From contig CAOKQZ010000008.1 of NCBI GenBank assembly GCA_948471055.1, positions 379 to 64,378 of the forward strand: a stretch of 64,000 bases of DNA, written 5' to 3'. The notes below the pieces were generated by a model. That model was not told the origin of the DNA, made no database searches, and saw only the letters and a list, made by a program, of their open reading frames with translations. This document shows positions 31,395-41,083 of the stretch, piece by piece (positions within the stretch are counted from its first letter, which is position 1; each line of letters begins with the position of its first letter). Origin of the DNA: an uncultured Clostridium sp. GTDB taxonomy: Bacteria > Bacillota > Clostridia > TANB77 > CAG-508. The position numbers were made by a program, and so were the translations under genes.

Positions 31395-31941
31395 ATGCTT
31401 TCAGAAAATGAAAAATATAATCATTTTGTTAATGACTTTAGTGAGGCACTATATAATCTAAAAATGGAAGTACCATTTTCGGATTATATCTTTTTATGTG
31501 TGGGGAGTGATAAAATTCTTGGTGATACCTATGGTCCATTAGTTGGAGAAAAGCTAAAAGGTGCATTTACTAACATGTATCACAATATCTATGTGTATGG
31601 TACTTTGGAAGAGCCAATTTCGGCGATGAATTTAGAAAAAACAGTACAAGAAATTTATCGAAAATTCTCTACTCCTTGTATTATTGCAGTCGATTCGGCT
31701 CTAGGTTCTGACCACCGAATTGGAAATATTTTTGTATCCAATTCCAAAATGCAATGTGGAAAAGGAACCGGAAAAAAGATGTTATATGTAGGGGATATTA
31801 GCATAAAAGGAGTAGTAGGAAAAGACTATAAAATTCCAAAATATAATTTTTCAGGATTACAAAGTATACCACTAGGAAGTGTGATGAAACTAGCGAATAT
31901 TACAGCAACTCGGCATTTACGATGCTATGAAATACCGCTAA
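31395..31941 (+). CDS. yyaC: spore protease YyaC; predicted +1 shift at CGG 31911 (0-frame stop is at 31973)
   Basis: ..CVGSDKILGDTYGPLVG...AVDSALG.. family motifs; after the C the +1 frame reads GIYDAMKYR*. Confidence 0.8.
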
Positions 31942-32089
31942 TGAAATGTAAAATACAAATAAAAAATTTTTAATATAGATGAAAATAAAAAACGTAATTG
32001 TTATTTAAGAGAATGATAAAGAGATGTATAAACTTATAAAATTTGGAAAAAATTTATATAAAGAAATCCAAAGATTATAGGAGGTACAT

Positions 32090-32434
32090 ATGAACATTGA
32101 GAGTATGCAAAACATAGTAGTATTAAAAGATATCCCATCGAATATGGTAGAAGAGGCAATTGTTATTTTAAAGCCGAATATTAAATTACCACAAAATAAA
32201 GAAAAGAAAAAGGAAAATGTAAAAGTAGGAGCCAAAGGAGCAAGAGAAAATAAAGAATACATTCTAAGAGAGGCAGAAGAAGTAGTAAGCCAATATATTT
32301 CCAATTTAGAAAAACCAAAACAATTAGAAATGACTAATAAAAAATTAATCACAAAATATAATCGAGTAAGAACCATTAGTATTTTTTGTGCGGTAGTAGG
32401 AATATTAGGAATTGCTGTGAATTTGCTAGGATGA
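32090..32434 (+). CDS. hypothetical protein with a C-terminal TM helix
   Basis: 114-aa ORF with GGAGG RBS; no family recognised. Confidence 0.55.
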   Translation: MNIESMQNIVVLKDIPSNMVEEAIVILKPNIKLPQNKEKKKENVKVGAKGARENKEYILREAEEVVSQYISNLEKPKQLEMTNKKLITKYNRVRTISIFCAVVGILGIAVNLLG

Positions 32435-32471
32435 TGTTACAGGTAAAGGAAGAAAAAGTATTAAAATCGTT

Positions 32472-33647
32472 ATGAATAAAACACGTCTAATTAACATATA
32501 TATTACAAAATATGTTAAGAATAGGGGTGTTTTTTTATTGGAAAGAGCATTGTCCCATGAAGAAAGAATCAGAAGAGCAGAAGAAATTTATAGAAGAAGA
32601 CGAGAGGAAAGCCCATATAGTAGAAAGGCAAGTATATATCGTAGGGAAGAAAAAGAAGAGAAAAATTTTTACTTATTTAAGAAAATGTTTCTACAAATTG
32701 CCATTTGTTTGGTTATTTACTTTATTTTCTATTTAATTCAAAATAGTAACTATATTTTTTCGGACGATGTATTAGAAAAAACAAAACAAATTCTTTCGTA
32801 TGATATTGATATAGTAAGCCTATATGAACAAACCAGTCAGTTTTTTTCAGAACAAATAAAAGGTCTTACTCCAAGTAAGGAAGAAGAGCAGGTTGACAAT
32901 ACAACCGAAGCTCCAAACCAAGAAGGAGAAGCACAGGAAGAAAACAATGATGAAGGAAAGGATATAGATAAAGAAAATATAGGGGGAAAAGACGAAAGTA
33001 AAGAAAATATAGCCAAAGAAAACACAAGCGAAGAGACAAAGAGTAATGAACAGATAGGCAAAGAAAGTGGGAACCGTAAAGAAGAAAACCAAGAAAATGG
33101 AATTAGAATAGGAGCACTAGCAGGGAAAAATGGAACCATAGAGCAAGATGAAACAACAGATGGCATAGGAGGAGCAGAACTAGAAGAGGGAGCATTAGAG
33201 GGGAACAAAGTAGCAAGCGAAGAATTACCACCAATGACGGACGAAGAATATGTAAAGACAAATTTTTCTTTTATAAAACCTATAGAAGGAATTGTTTCCT
33301 CCGAATTTGGAATAAGGGACGTAGAAAATCCAATTGTTAGTAAAAACCATAGTGGAATTGATATTGCAGCAAACACAGGCACTGTCATAAAAGCCTCTAT
33401 GGAAGGAACGGTAAGCGTATCTAGCACATATGGAGACTATGGGTATCACATTAAAATCACCAATAACGATGTAAGCACACTATATGCCCATTGTAGCAAG
33501 CTGTATGTAAAAGAAGGAGACGTTATTTCACAAGGACAAGAAATTGCCGAGGTCGGTTCAACCGGAAAATCCACAGGACCACATTTACATTTTGAAATTA
33601 TTAGAAACGACAACTACCTAAATCCACGTGACATACTAGAATTTTAA
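32472..33647 (+). CDS. M23/LytM peptidase-domain membrane protein (SpoIVFA-like position)
   Basis: TM segment, acidic linker, C-terminal HSGIDIA...GSTGKSTGPHLHFE; the start codon is uncertain. Confidence 0.75.
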   Translation: MNKTRLINIYITKYVKNRGVFLLERALSHEERIRRAEEIYRRRREESPYSRKASIYRREEKEEKNFYLFKKMFLQIAICLVIYFIFYLIQNSNYIFSDDVLEKTKQILSYDIDIVSLYEQTSQFFSEQIKGLTPSKEEEQVDNTTEAPNQEGEAQEENNDEGKDIDKENIGGKDESKENIAKENTSEETKSNEQIGKESGNRKEENQENGIRIGALAGKNGTIEQDETTDGIGGAELEEGALEGNKVASEELPPMTDEEYVKTNFSFIKPIEGIVSSEFGIRDVENPIVSKNHSGIDIAANTGTVIKASMEGTVSVSSTYGDYGYHIKITNNDVSTLYAHCSKLYVKEGDVISQGQEIAEVGSTGKSTGPHLHFEIIRNDNYLNPRDILEF

Positions 33648-33661
33648 AGAAAGGAATACAT

Positions 33662-34315
33662 ATGAGCCTAAAAATTAATCTAAACCTATTTCTATTTGCC
33701 ATTATCTTTTATTTTACTAAACAAATCCATTTGTATGCCATGCTTATGGTATTTGCCTTCCTACATGAAATGGGACATCTCATTTGTGGCATATTCATGG
33801 GATTAAAACCAAAAACATTAAAAATTAAGCCACTTGGTTTAAGTGTAGAATTTGAGGTTTTACCAAAAGAATATAACCAAAAAATTGCAAAAGGAAACAT
33901 TTTACAAATCAAAAAAATGTGTATCGCTCTTGCAGGACCAATGACAAACATAATTATTATGGTCATTACGATAGTATTTGGTCAAAAACTCGAAATCGCA
34001 ATATACCAAGAAATCATTTATGCCAATTTATTAATTGCCCTATTTAACTTACTACCCATTCATCCACTAGATGGTGGAAGAGTACTAAAAGCCTGTTTCC
34101 ATATCATAAAGGGAAGAAAAAAATCCATAGAGTTAACCAATTACATATCCAATACTACCATGATTTTATTTACCATGTTATCCAGTGTTGCCATCTACTA
34201 CTACAAAAATATTGCCATTTTATTTATTATTATATACTTATGGAGTATGGTTATCATTGAAAACAGAAGATATCATTTGCAAAAGAGAATTTATAAAATT
34301 ATTGAAAACAGTTGA
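33662..34315 (+). CDS. spoIVFB: site-2 metalloprotease, SpoIVFB-like
   Basis: HEMGH and NLLPIHPLDGGR motifs in a polytopic membrane protein. Confidence 0.8.
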   Translation: MSLKINLNLFLFAIIFYFTKQIHLYAMLMVFAFLHEMGHLICGIFMGLKPKTLKIKPLGLSVEFEVLPKEYNQKIAKGNILQIKKMCIALAGPMTNIIIMVITIVFGQKLEIAIYQEIIYANLLIALFNLLPIHPLDGGRVLKACFHIIKGRKKSIELTNYISNTTMILFTMLSSVAIYYYKNIAILFIIIYLWSMVIIENRRYHLQKRIYKIIENS

Positions 34316-34340
34316 AATAAATTTAATTTAATAGTAAGAT
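34312..34340 (+). promoter_or_regulatory. promoter (TTGAAA-17-TAAGAT)
   Basis: Same TAATAGTAAGATA -10 block as at 4711. Confidence 0.45.
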
Positions 34341-34369
34341 ATACCTAAGAAAAAAACGGAGGAATGCAA

Positions 34370-36061
34370 ATGATAAAGAAAAACATAAAAGATAAAAAAG
34401 GAATTACATTAGTAACACTTTCCATTGCCATTATCATTATGATAATTATTACAAGTACGTTAATTTTTAATATTTCTACCGGAACAAAGGTAAAAAACTT
34501 AAACGATATGTATCATGATATTGAAAAGTTAAAAGATAAGGTGGATATCTATTATTCAAAGTATCGTTCACTTCCAATTGTAGAAGAAAGATATGAGAAT
34601 ATAAACAATATTGCTTCGATTAATCCAAACGATAATAATGAATACTATGTAATCGACTTAGAAGCATTAGAAAATATAACTTTAGCATATGGAAGGGATT
34701 ACGAAAAATACAAAAGCAATCCATCGGCAAGTTTAACGGATTTATATGTGATTAATGCAAGAAGTCATACGGTTTATTATATAAAAGGAATTAAGTTTGA
34801 CAACCAAATGTATTATACGATACCAGAAGAAAATACACAAGTCGAATTAAATGAAATATTAGAGTTAAAATTAATAGAAGAATATAATGGAGTAGCAAGT
34901 ATCAAAATACATGCAGTAGACAAAACAAATGGAGTAAAAAATATAACACTTATAATGAATGAGCAACCCTATAAAACGTATCAATATGATACAAATTATA
35001 GGGAGATAAGAGAAGAAGTAGAACAGATAAAGACAGAAGAATTAAGCAAATGGGAAAATATATGTTATTTTCAAGTAGAGGATGAGCAAGGAGCAGTTAA
35101 AAAATCCAATCAGATTGTCATAGAAAAAGTAGTGCCATTAATAAAACAAGTACAAATAGGAGATTATGTAACGTATGATCCAACTTTAGGAGTGACAAAT
35201 ACAACTAAATTAACTTATACTTCGCCAGTAGGAAGTGGACTATCCCACGGAAATGGTTATACAGAGTTAGCAGAGGGACAAACGTTTACTGCCAAAAGTA
35301 CAACAAATGGAGGCACAAAATGGAGAGTATTGAGTAAAGATGAACAAACAGGGGAAGTCGTATTAATTAGTGATACGCCAATTGGAACCGATGCAGGAGC
35401 AAATTTTACGATGTATGGAGCAATTGGATATTTATATGCTGAGCAAGAATTAAATGAGATTTGTAAAATATATGGATACGGAAAAGGAGCCAATACAGGA
35501 AAAATATTTCAATACAAAACAGGAGATGTAGTAGAAGGAGAAACTACAGGAACAATAAAAGGAAGCGGAGCAAGAAGTATTACGGTAGAGGATATTAATA
35601 AAATAGTAGGATATGATCCAAGTACATATACTACTGAAAATGCTGGAAAAACATATAGATATGGAGAGACATATGAACATAACATATTTTATCCAACAAA
35701 AACAACAGGAGATGGAGCGTCGACTAGTGCAATGCAAAGGAGTGACAAATTTACAGCATATACATATCAAGTTTCACAATATTTGACAGATACAACAAGT
35801 CCAAAGTATCAAATGTTATTGGGAAATGGAAACCTCAGATATTGGATTGCATCTGAAACGGTGGCTTCGTATTCAGAACGTGTAGACTTTAGTGTATTTA
35901 TTTTACATATGGGTACTATGAGTTATTATGGTTTATGTAATGGTTATCCTGATCATTTGCTAAAAGCTTTACCTGGATTTGCGATTCGTCCGATAGTTTA
36001 TTTAACACCGGATATTCAAACAAATGGGAAAGAGGCAAGTGGGGCTTGGGTGATTAAGTAA
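34370..36061 (+). CDS. pilin-leader-like secreted/surface protein, paralog family member
   Basis: KGITLVTLSIAIIIMIIITS leader; the C-terminal half is homologous to 55382..56545 (SPVGSGLSHGNG, YAEQELNEICKIYGYGKGAN, RPIVYL...ASGAWVI). Confidence 0.7.
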   Translation: MIKKNIKDKKGITLVTLSIAIIIMIIITSTLIFNISTGTKVKNLNDMYHDIEKLKDKVDIYYSKYRSLPIVEERYENINNIASINPNDNNEYYVIDLEALENITLAYGRDYEKYKSNPSASLTDLYVINARSHTVYYIKGIKFDNQMYYTIPEENTQVELNEILELKLIEEYNGVASIKIHAVDKTNGVKNITLIMNEQPYKTYQYDTNYREIREEVEQIKTEELSKWENICYFQVEDEQGAVKKSNQIVIEKVVPLIKQVQIGDYVTYDPTLGVTNTTKLTYTSPVGSGLSHGNGYTELAEGQTFTAKSTTNGGTKWRVLSKDEQTGEVVLISDTPIGTDAGANFTMYGAIGYLYAEQELNEICKIYGYGKGANTGKIFQYKTGDVVEGETTGTIKGSGARSITVEDINKIVGYDPSTYTTENAGKTYRYGETYEHNIFYPTKTTGDGASTSAMQRSDKFTAYTYQVSQYLTDTTSPKYQMLLGNGNLRYWIASETVASYSERVDFSVFILHMGTMSYYGLCNGYPDHLLKALPGFAIRPIVYLTPDIQTNGKEASGAWVIK

Positions 36062-36210
36062 GAAACAAGAGAGTGCTAAGTAGAGTAAAGTGATATAGTG
36101 GAGAATGTACATATAACAGAGTAAATGTTGTATGTACATTTTCTGTATGTAAAATTCACCCTCCCCGCAAGGTTAGCATAATATATATATCATAAAGGAG
36201 GGAAAAGTTT

Positions 36211-37465
36211 ATGCGGATCGTACATAATTACAGGAGGTAGGAAGCTAGAAGGTGAAATCGAGGCTTCTGGCTCGAAAAATGCTTCTTTGCCGATTTTAGC
36301 GGCATCGATTTTAAATAATGGAATTACGAGATTATATCATGTTCCCAATATACACGATACCAAAGTAATGATCGAAATTTTACGAAATTTGGGTTGCAAG
36401 GTAAAAAGAGTTCATGATAAAATAGTAATCGATTCCAGAGGATTAAATCAATATGAAATTCCAGAGGAACTAATGAGAAAAATGCGTTCATCTGTGATAT
36501 TAGCAGGAGCACTACTTGGAAGAAGCAAGAAGGCAACCTTTTCATGTCCTGGTGGATGTGATATTGGAGCAAGACCAATTGATTTACATTTAAAAGCATT
36601 TGAAAATTTAGGTGTGAATATTACGAAAAGTACTGGATATATCCATTGTAGTTGTGATATAATAGCAGGGGAAAAAATTCACTTGGATTTTCCAAGTGTG
36701 GGAGCAACGGAAAATGCAATGTTAGTAGCAGTACTTGCTAAAGGTACAACGGTAATTTCGAATGCAGCCATGGAGCCAGAAATTGTAGACTTACAAAATT
36801 TCCTAAATAAAATGGGAGCAAAAGTAAGTGGTGCTGGAAGTAGTGAAATTACCATTCATGGAGTGGAAAAATTAAAAGACACTGGCTACCAAGTCATGCC
36901 AGACCGAATTGAGGCAGGTACGTTACTTTGTGCTGTTGCAAGTACAGGGGGAAAGCTTACTTTAACCAAAGTAGTACCAGAGCATTTAACACCAATATTA
37001 GAAAAAATAAAAGAATGTGGTTGTGAAATAGAAGCCACCAAAGATACCGTTTTTCTACAAGCACCAAAGAAACTAAAAGCAGTAGAAATAAAAACCATGC
37101 CATATCCCGGTTTCCCAACCGATATGCAAGCCATTTTTGTAAGCATGCTTTGTACGGCAAAAGGAACCTCAATTGTAACCGAAAATATTTTTGAAAACCG
37201 ATACAAATACACAAATGAATTAAACAAAATGGGTGCAAAAATTGTGATAGAAGGAAGAACTGCAGTGATTAAGGGAGTACGAAAATTATCCAAAGCAGTC
37301 GTAGAGGCTACCGATTTAAGAGGAGGAGCTGCTATGGTGTTAGCAGGGCTTTCGGCAAGTGGAAAAACAAAAGTGACCAACATCGAATACATTTTACGTG
37401 GTTATGAAAAATTAGAAGAAAAGTTAACTAAATTAGGAGCAAAAATTACGAAAGAGGTGAATTAA
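36211..37465 (+). CDS. murA: UDP-N-acetylglucosamine 1-carboxyvinyltransferase; needs a +1 shift at CGG 36214 (codon 2)
   Basis: ATG-C-GGA...: skipping the C gives MGSYIITGGRKLEGEIEASGSKNASLPILAASIL; the rest is a full-length MurA. Confidence 0.9.
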
Positions 37466-37472
37466 AAAAAGT

Positions 37473-38897
37473 ATGAAAAGTAAAAAGAACCAAGAATTAA
37501 ACTTTTTGTATTTTGAAGATAAGTCAGACGAAAAAAAGAAAAAGAAAAACTCACCTCGTGGACAAAAGAAAAAACAGCAGGAAGAAGAATTCGATTACAT
37601 AGGAGAAGAAACATTAGAACCAAAAACGAAAAAGAGGAAAAAAAGCAAAGAAAAATTTGGTTATATAGAAGAAAAGACAGATAAAAAGAAAAAAGAAGAA
37701 TTCGATGATATAGAAGAACAATATGAATTTGAAGAAGAGAGGAAAGGAAAAAACAAAAGAGGTTGGAATAAGAAACAACCAGAAGAATCAACGAAAAGGA
37801 AAACAAGAAAGAGTAAAGAATACAAGAAAGAACAAGCAAAAGGAAAGACAAAATCTAAAAAAGGGCAAGAAGATGAGATAGAAGAAAATAATAATGTATT
37901 TCGTTTTGATAATGAAATTGTTATTGGTGTAACGAAAATCCAGGCAGGAGGTAACAAGAAAAACACAACGAGCAAAGCTAACACAAGGACAAATACCAAA
38001 AAAAAGGCTTCTAATAAAAAGAAAAAAGGAGCAGGTGGAAAATCTGCTCCTTACCGTAAAAAAAAGGCTAAAAAGAAACAAAAATTATCTTTTATCCTTA
38101 TAAAATGGACAATCCTATTTGGTGCATTGGTAGTAGCAATCATATTTTTTATGATGTCTCCATTATTTGATATAACTGGGGTAGAAGTAATAGGAAACGA
38201 GAAAATCTCAAAAGAAACGATATTAAGCCTTTCTGGTATTAGCCTAGGAGATAACCTATACCGAAACAAAAAGGAAACCATACAAAAAAACATCAAACAA
38301 GAAGCCTACATAGAAAGTGTGGAAGTAAAACGAGTGCTTCCCGATAAAATACAGTTACAAGTAAAAGAAAGAAAAGCCACATTTTTATTGGAATATGCGA
38401 ATAGTTATTTTTATATGGATAACCAAGGGTATATTTTAGAAGTATCAAGCCAGATGTTAGAATTACCAATTATAAAAGGATATACTACTCCGATGGAGGA
38501 AGTGGAAGTAGGAGGCAGGTTAAATAAAGAAGATTTAACAAGACTAGAAGTCGTACTAAAAATTGTAGAAGCCATTGCAAGTAATGGAATTACTGCAAAA
38601 GTAAATCGAATTGATATTAGCAACAAGCAAAATTATACCTTATCGCTAGACGAAGAAAAGAAAACTGTTTATTTAGGGGATGCATCTCATTTAAGTAGTA
38701 GAATGTTATACATAAAAGTAGCCTTAGAAGATACCAAAGGACTAGAAGGCGAAATATTTGCAGGTGGCGATTTGGAAAGAGAAAAGGTATTTTTTAGAGA
38801 AAGGCAACCAGAACCTGACCCACCACCAGAACCTGACCCAGTACCAGGGGAGCCAGACCAAACTACCGAACCAGAGGAAGACGGTACACAAGAATAA
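37473..38897 (+). CDS. ftsQ: cell division protein FtsQ/DivIB with a long Lys/Glu-rich N-terminus
   Basis: TM helix then POTRA (FDITGVEVIGNEKISKETIL); position between murA and ftsA. Confidence 0.8.
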   Translation: MKSKKNQELNFLYFEDKSDEKKKKKNSPRGQKKKQQEEEFDYIGEETLEPKTKKRKKSKEKFGYIEEKTDKKKKEEFDDIEEQYEFEEERKGKNKRGWNKKQPEESTKRKTRKSKEYKKEQAKGKTKSKKGQEDEIEENNNVFRFDNEIVIGVTKIQAGGNKKNTTSKANTRTNTKKKASNKKKKGAGGKSAPYRKKKAKKKQKLSFILIKWTILFGALVVAIIFFMMSPLFDITGVEVIGNEKISKETILSLSGISLGDNLYRNKKETIQKNIKQEAYIESVEVKRVLPDKIQLQVKERKATFLLEYANSYFYMDNQGYILEVSSQMLELPIIKGYTTPMEEVEVGGRLNKEDLTRLEVVLKIVEAIASNGITAKVNRIDISNKQNYTLSLDEEKKTVYLGDASHLSSRMLYIKVALEDTKGLEGEIFAGGDLEREKVFFRERQPEPDPPPEPDPVPGEPDQTTEPEEDGTQE

Positions 38898-38907
38898 AAA
38901 GCTATGT

Positions 38908-38945
38908 AAAGAACCACCAGTCGCCTGTCGGCGGGTTCTTATATG
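38908..38945 (+). terminator. terminator hairpin
   Basis: AAGAACC...CGCC-TGT-CGGCG..GGTTCTT nested stem. Confidence 0.5.
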
Positions 38946-38988
38946 TTTGAACATAGAACAAATTTTAATTTATACGAGGAGGAAAGCC

Positions 38989-39702
38989 ATGAAAATAAAG
39001 AAAAAAGAAGTAGCCATTACCTTAGGGCTTATGTGCTTATTATTAGCATTTGGTATTAGTATGCAATTAAAAACCACCAAAAGCCTTGTATCAACTGCAG
39101 GAAATACCTCACACAAAGAAGACCGCCTAAGAGATGAAGTATTAAGAAGAAAAGAACAATACGACCATATTTATGAGGAATTAGAAAGAACACAAACCAG
39201 TCTCGAAAAAGAAAGACAAGTCAGTCTTTCCTCTGATGATGATTTTGTTGAAAAACAAAACGAATTAAAGAAAATTAATACCTATTTAGGGTTAACTGAT
39301 GTAACAGGAGAAGGAATTACCATTACACTAAAAGACAGTACGAAATCAACCATTACAGCAGCTACTGGTTTAGTACATAATACCGACTTATTAGCGGTTG
39401 TGCATGAATTAAAAAATACAGGAGCAGAGGCAATTAGTATCAATGGACAACGAATTGTACCAACGACTTCGATTAACTGTGTAGGAACTGTCATTCAAGT
39501 AAATGATGAAATTGTAGGGAGTCCTTTTGTAATAAAAGCAATCGGAGACCCTAACCGAGTGAATGATGTAATGCGCCCAGGTGGATTTATAGAAGTTTTA
39601 CAAAAAGCTGGCATTAGTGTAGAAGCTAAAAAAAGTGATAATTTGAAGATTGATAAATACAATGGTGTTTTGAACAAAAAAACAATAGAAGTAGCAAAGT
39701 AG
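38989..39702 (+). CDS. DUF881 (YlxW/YlxX-like) division-cluster protein
   Basis: TM then coiled coil then LTDVTGEGITITL...AEAISINGQRI. Confidence 0.8.
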   Translation: MKIKKKEVAITLGLMCLLLAFGISMQLKTTKSLVSTAGNTSHKEDRLRDEVLRRKEQYDHIYEELERTQTSLEKERQVSLSSDDDFVEKQNELKKINTYLGLTDVTGEGITITLKDSTKSTITAATGLVHNTDLLAVVHELKNTGAEAISINGQRIVPTTSINCVGTVIQVNDEIVGSPFVIKAIGDPNRVNDVMRPGGFIEVLQKAGISVEAKKSDNLKIDKYNGVLNKKTIEVAK

Positions 39703-39705
39703 GTG

Positions 39706-40431
39706 ATGAGATTGAAAAAAGGAAAAGGAATTATGACCGTAACGATTGGGATTATTTGTTTTGTTTTGACATATGTTATGTTTATGCAATTTAAAGTGAT
39801 AGAAGAAACGAATATTACTCAAATTGAAACCATGAGAGAAAGTGAATTAACAGAAAAACTAGCCAGTTGGAAAGAAAAGCAAGAAGACGTAGAAAAGAAG
39901 TTAGAAGAAACAAAAAGAACCTTGCAAGAATACCGAGACAAAAGAGCTTCTAACCAAGAAGCAACGGAATTATTAAATAAAGAGCTTTTACAAGCGCAAA
40001 CAATTGCAGGTTTAACCGATGTAAAAGGAGATGGGGTAGTAATCACCTATACCGATTATGAAGATTCCGAACATGATAATGGAATTGAGTGTTACCAGTT
40101 ACAAGAACTAGTCAATGAATTAATTCTTGCAGGAGCAGAAGCCATTAGTATTAATGGACAACGAATTACGAACTTATCGGATATTATTAATATCAATATT
40201 GATGATGAAGTCTTCATATTAGTAAATAAAAACAGAGTAACTTCACCCTATACGATTAAAGCAATAGGAGATGCCCAATATTTAGAAAGTGCATTAACCT
40301 TAAAAACGGTTGGGTTTGTAGCAAGGCATCCCAATGCAAAAGTAGAAAAGCAAAGTAATATGGTCATTAATAAATATACAGGAACAATTAAAATAAAATA
40401 TGCCAAAGATATTGTAAAGGAGGAAAAATAA
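39706..40431 (+). CDS. DUF881 (YlxW/YlxX-like) division-cluster protein, second copy
   Basis: LTDVKGDGVVITY...AEAISINGQRI. Confidence 0.8.
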   Translation: MRLKKGKGIMTVTIGIICFVLTYVMFMQFKVIEETNITQIETMRESELTEKLASWKEKQEDVEKKLEETKRTLQEYRDKRASNQEATELLNKELLQAQTIAGLTDVKGDGVVITYTDYEDSEHDNGIECYQLQELVNELILAGAEAISINGQRITNLSDIININIDDEVFILVNKNRVTSPYTIKAIGDAQYLESALTLKTVGFVARHPNAKVEKQSNMVINKYTGTIKIKYAKDIVKEEK

Positions 40432-40808
40432 TGGTTGTTATTGCAATTGTAATAGGATGTATTATCGGTGCACTTTTAGGAATGAATGCACCAATTATTC
40501 CATATAGTTTATCTGGCTATTTAGCCATTTCCATCATAGCAGCACTAGATTCTGTATTTGGAGGAATTGCCTCTGTGGTAAAAGGGGAATTCGATTTAAA
40601 AATATTTGTAACAGGATTTTTTGGAAATGCGATTTTGTCGATTTTACTTACCTACTTAGGAGAAAGATTAAATGTCGATATTTATCTAGCCGCAATTGTT
40701 GTGTTTGTAGGTAGAATGTTTGTAAACCTTGCCATTGTTCGTAGATATTATATTGATAAATGGATGGGAAAATTAAAAACCAAAAAGGAAGAAACAATAA
40801 AGAAATAA
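40431..40808 (+). CDS. sbp: small basic protein Sbp (DUF1290)
   Basis: 125-aa membrane protein between the DUF881 pair and ftsA, as in Bacillus. Confidence 0.75.
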   Translation: MVVIAIVIGCIIGALLGMNAPIIPYSLSGYLAISIIAALDSVFGGIASVVKGEFDLKIFVTGFFGNAILSILLTYLGERLNVDIYLAAIVVFVGRMFVNLAIVRRYYIDKWMGKLKTKKEETIKK

Positions 40809-40816
40809 GATATGAA

Positions 40817-40964
40817 AGAACCCTCCGTCAGGGCTTCGCCCTGCCACCTCCCTTAAATAAAGGAGGCTTTTCTCTACGTTTCAAGAATAATGTTACTAGT
40901 CTAAAATAGTAGAAAAAAAGGCCCCTTTACTTAAGGGGGCTGTCGCGAAGCGACTGGGGGTTCT
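40817..40964. repeat. 148-bp GC-rich imperfect palindromic element
   Basis: ~48-bp arms (AGAACCCTCCGTCAGGGCTTCGCCCTGCCACCTCCCTTAAATAAAGGAGGC versus the reverse complement AGAACCCCCAGTCGCTTCGCGACAGCCCCCTTAAGTAAAGGGGCC) around an AT-rich core. Confidence 0.7.
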
Positions 40965-41083
40965 TTTGTTACAAAATATTGCAAAAATATTACAAAAATA
41001 TTACAAAAACTATTGACATTTTTCTCAAAATATAATATCCTAACCTAAGTGAAAAACTATATAAAAAATTGGAGGAATTAGCG

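Noticed and set aside
40971-41018. Short direct repeats as a CRISPR array.
   Set aside because: The repeat period is only 10-11 bp with no spacers, and no cas genes are present. No CRISPR array is seen anywhere in the window.
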